Below, one piece after another: positions 21,290 to 24,612 of a DNA stretch of 24,612 nt. Position numbers and translations under genes: made by a program. Source of the stretch: Tortispora ganteri (Eukaryota); assembly GCA_003707115.1 (NCBI GenBank), contig PPNB01000030.1, forward strand, positions 62,001-86,612, read 5' to 3'. The notes below the pieces were generated by a model that saw only the letters and a list, made by a program, of their open reading frames with translations, had not been told where the DNA came from and ran no database searches. The stretch's first letter is position 1; each line of letters starts with the position of its first letter.

Positions 21290-22300
21290 CCCCCTATTGG
21301 CTAGAAATATCACGTTCAAACACCTATACCCTTGAATAAAGTTTTTCTAGGACTGAAGAAAGACGTCGAGCCATGCATCCTATTGGCTATATATCAGGAG
21401 ATATACCCTATACCCTGATTTAAAGTTGCACAAAATCACTGAAAGGCCAAAATAACCCTGAACCCTTCCCGAGAAAACGGGAAACCCTAACCTGATTTTC
21501 TGGGCTTCTGATTGGCTAATCGTAAACTTTAACCTTAATTTTGGCTTGGAGCCTCTGATTGGTCAGTTTCAAACTTTAACCTTATTTTGTACCGTTGCTT
21601 CTGATTGGTCGATCTAAAAGCTTAACCTTCGATCTAAAACTTTAACCTTCGATCGGATCGATCGCCTCTGATTGGTCGATCTAAAAGCTTAACCTTCGAT
21701 CGGATCGATCGCCTCTGATTGGTCGATCTAAAAGCTTAACCTTCGATCGGATCGATTGCCTTTTATTGGTCGATTTAAAAGCTTAACCTTCGATCGGATC
21801 GATCGTCTCTTATTGGTCGATTTAAAAGCTTAACCTTCGATCGGATCGATCGTCTCTTATTGGTCGATTTAAAAGCTTAACCTTCGATCGTATCGATCGC
21901 TTCTGATTGGTCGATTCAAAAGCTTAACCTTCGATCGGATCGATCGTCTCTTATTGGTCGATTTAAAAGCTTAACCTTCGATCGTATCGATCGCTTCTGA
22001 TTGGTCGATTCAAAAGCTTAACCTTCGATCGGATCAATCGTCTCTGATTGGTCGATTTTAAAGCTTAACCTTCGATCGGATCGATCGCTTCTGATTGGTC
22101 GATTCAAAAGCTTAACCTTCGATCGGATCGATCGTTTCTGATTGGTCAATTTAAACCAAACCTTAATTGCAAAATAAAGCTTCTTATTGGCTGCTTCATT
22201 ACCCTAACCTGATTATAAAATTAGGCCTTCTGATTGGTCAATATTGTTTCAAACTCTAATTTTTTGAATAAACTGTGCAGCTAATTGATTGGCTAATATA
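21290..22300. repeat. 47-bp tandem array built on CCAAT boxes (core 21601-22148; degenerate units on both sides)
   Basis: Core consensus CTGATTGGTCGATYTAAAAGCTTAACCTTCGATCGGATCGATCGYYT, 11 near-identical units. ATTGG starts at 21296, 21382, 21511, 21558, 21604, 21671, 21718, 21765, 21812, 21859, 21906, 21953, 22000, 22047, 22094, 22141, 22186, 22233 and 22288. Confidence 0.97.
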
Positions 22301-22689
22301 AGGTTTATACTGCCTAATCGGGATATATTGCCTCGGCTCAAAACCTTAATCGCTAAAGATCGTCAACCACTATAGTAATATATATCAGTAATACTGTATG
22401 GTTTCACTGCGCACTGAAGATACAGTAGTTATAGCATAAAATTAATGTCTTCGGCTAAAGTATTCGCAGTACTCCATTTGCCGTAGCCTGAAGATCTATA
22501 ATATCTTCTGCTTTGTCTCACTGCATGCTCTCAACGTAAAGTGCTAGGTGCTCAGTAGGCGAAAAGATGCGCAGCTTTAAAGTGCTATAAACACAAATAA
22601 TAATGTGTTTCAAGTTATTTTATTGCCACCAAATAAAACCGATCAGTGATACTAGTAGTTTGAAACTATTTTCACGTTGGTGAATGCCG

Positions 22690-23845
22690 TTTCGCCGGCA
22701 TTGGAACCGAATCAACAAAATCAACGATGTATGCCTTCAGGATCGGCAAGCAGTGCAGAAATTAGAATTGCATCTTCATTGCAGGTTAACATGCAACATC
22801 ACAAAATAAGCTTCATTCAAATAGTAGGAACATAAATATTCACAGCTTCGATTGCTTTTCGACGGTATTCACGACTGTTTTGGACAGTATTACAAAAATA
22901 TCAAACTTATCCAAAAGTGCCATGGTTGGCTAGGGGAATACCAGACTAGACCTCCTAGGCATCGACTTGGTGGTACGGCTGTCTTACTAATCAATGAGGT
23001 GCGGTAAGGAACTATAAGGAACTGTAAATCATATCGGATAGCGCGATTTACACGGATAATTGCTGTTCATACGCATTAAACAGCTAGAGGATATTCTTAA
23101 GTCTTCTGGACTTACAGAACGAGAAATTTTCGTATTGATATGCTTGCAGGAAGCTAGTTCAACTGAACGTTGGACTCATTTCGCTGTCTCAGAAATGGCC
23201 TTTAAAGTGCAGAATAAATCATTTGATCTCGAGATTCACGACACGCACACTACCATCGATGAAGCTAGACAGATGATTGCTATAGGGTAGGCTATATATG
23301 TGCTCTCGACCTGCCACGGCAGTAAATGACCTGCTTTGATGCAATCAATAACACACATACTATTGAAACAATTGCCAAAACACCTCTTCCAGACCAATAC
23401 TCTTATTAAAATGTAGTTGAGTCAGATGGCAACAACACAATCTCTGACAGCTCGACCGAATCATTGTATTTTCAAACCGATCTGATACAGTGCCTTGAGT
23501 TCAGAGCTAACCATTTATCGTAATTTGGGACATTGGGATATCTTTACTTTGACTTCTTCAAAAGGTCAACGGATCGCCATAAAACAGTAATATATTGTAC
23601 CTACACTAGTCTCCATATTCATGTTTTATATGTATGAAGCAATTATAACTCGACGATATTTCAAAAGTTTCATGGAGATTGAAAAGGTGATATAGATTGG
23701 TGGAAACGCGGTGGCAAGTGTCCTTATATTCCCGCCGCTTACCGCACCACTGGTGAATAATGGACGATCTTTTGCAAGAAGAGTTTATTTACAGTGCTAT
23801 CTCCTCTAAATAGTTTAAAAAGGGCTCTGCGACATTCACAATAAA
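22690..23845 (+). pseudogene. Longer decayed coding sequence of unknown family, containing repeat copy A2 (22964-23500)
   Basis: Protein-like frames broken by stops and frameshifts: FRRHWNRINKINDVCLQ...CHGWLGEYQTRPPRHRLGGTAVLLINEVR* / LLFIRIKQLEDILKSSG...IAIG* / ...FDAINNTHTIETIAKTPLPDQY...DWWKRGGKCPYIP. Silent differences from copy A1 are frequent. Boundaries are approximate and the parts outside A2 are weakly supported. Confidence 0.45.
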
Positions 23846-24228
23846 GAAAGGAAAGCACCCGGACTATATTGCTTCACTTTAGTCTGTTGACGAGAGAACC
23901 TAGAAGCGATTCAGTCGGACAGCTGAGAGCTATGTAATGTACTTACTAAGTGGCCTTGATATATCAAAGAGTCTTGTCGCCTGAATACGACGTTAAATCA
24001 CAATTTAGCTGAAACACAAGAACGTAGGTATATTCTTGATACGCCAGAATAGAGCCTAATCAAACTGGTTTTCGAAGATCTAGTGCTTGCTTTGAAACAG
24101 CTTAACGAACAACAATATGCTACAAGATAATCACAGATGCACTCAAGCAGTTTAGGTACCAAGCGAAGGACCAGAAACCGCACAAAGAGAAATTGAGACT
24201 ACCGAAAGTAAAGTAAGACTACCAAAAG

Positions 24229-24612
24229 TAAAGTATGGAAGCCGAAGTGAAGGTATCTGAGGTTAAGGCAAGACAGCCAATACTAAGTCAGAGACAAAAT
24301 AGCAGATAATGATCTAGCCTATCGATAGATAGCGTGTTTCTCAAAGTCGAAGCAGGTGGCTTTGGTGGTTTTTACGAGTACTGCGATTTGCTCAATTTCA
24401 AGGGCAAACTGTCATGAGCCGCGTGAAAGGCCTAGAAGAGGCTCTGAAGGTATTCTAAGCATAATGTTCGGTTATTTGAGTATTTACTGACGTTTTAGAG
24501 GCTTAAAGAGCAATTTCTAAAAAATCAAGATTTTCGTGAAATCTGAAAATTTACCAAGGCTATAGCCTTAGTGTTTTTTGCGATTTTCAAGATTTTCACG
24601 GTTTTCACGGTT
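24229..24612 (-). repeat. Right arm (B') of the long inverted repeat, probably truncated by the window end
   Basis: Reverse complement of ~20515-20906; ends in 9-bp tandem units GATTTTCAA GATTTTCAC GGTTTTCAC GGTT. Confidence 0.95.

Noticed and set aside
21601..22148. CRISPR array
   Set aside because: Units are head-to-tail with no unique spacers; the context is eukaryotic with no cas genes.
19860..22680. Point-centromere CDEI-CDEII-CDEIII
   Set aside because: Only imperfect TCACGT words (~19865, ~21310, ~22672), with no following very AT-rich CDEII or CDEIII.
20907..22960. rDNA spacer, 5S or other known RNA gene
   Set aside because: No recognisable rRNA, 5S, snRNA or tRNA sequence in the window.
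19873..23500. A1/A2 as LTRs of a retrotransposon
   Set aside because: No evident TG...CA ends, PBS, PPT or gag/pol remnants between them; the copies show coding-type divergence and A2 continues into similar decayed coding sequence.
23998..24183. 61-aa minus-strand ORF (also 20066-20248)
   Set aside because: Short, non-ATG starts, no motifs, within repeat or decayed DNA.

Overview
Eukaryotic window, most likely a compact, intron-poor budding yeast that has respiratory complex I and reads CTG as Leu. Positions 1-19.7 kb hold ten tightly packed conserved genes: MTF1 (partial, missed by the ORF track), ACO1, an RBD2-like rhomboid, the complex I NDUFA9/NUEM subunit, pyruvate decarboxylase (one 67-nt intron), AIM24, RPN9, ATM1, PRM1 and LYS2; the PRM1 and LYS2 stop codons overlap. 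From ~19.87 kb to the window end there is no intact gene but a structured block. It contains two ~0.5-kb direct copies of a decayed unknown coding sequence and a >=0.36-kb inverted repeat whose right arm runs off the window. Between the arms lies a ~1-kb array of 19 same-strand CCAAT boxes with a 47-bp period, with a homogenised core and divergent edge units that keep only the motifs and their spacing. This block is the most unusual part of the window. Candidates are an inverted-repeat regional centromere, a non-autonomous DNA transposon or an invertible/regulatory module; the sequence alone cannot decide among them.
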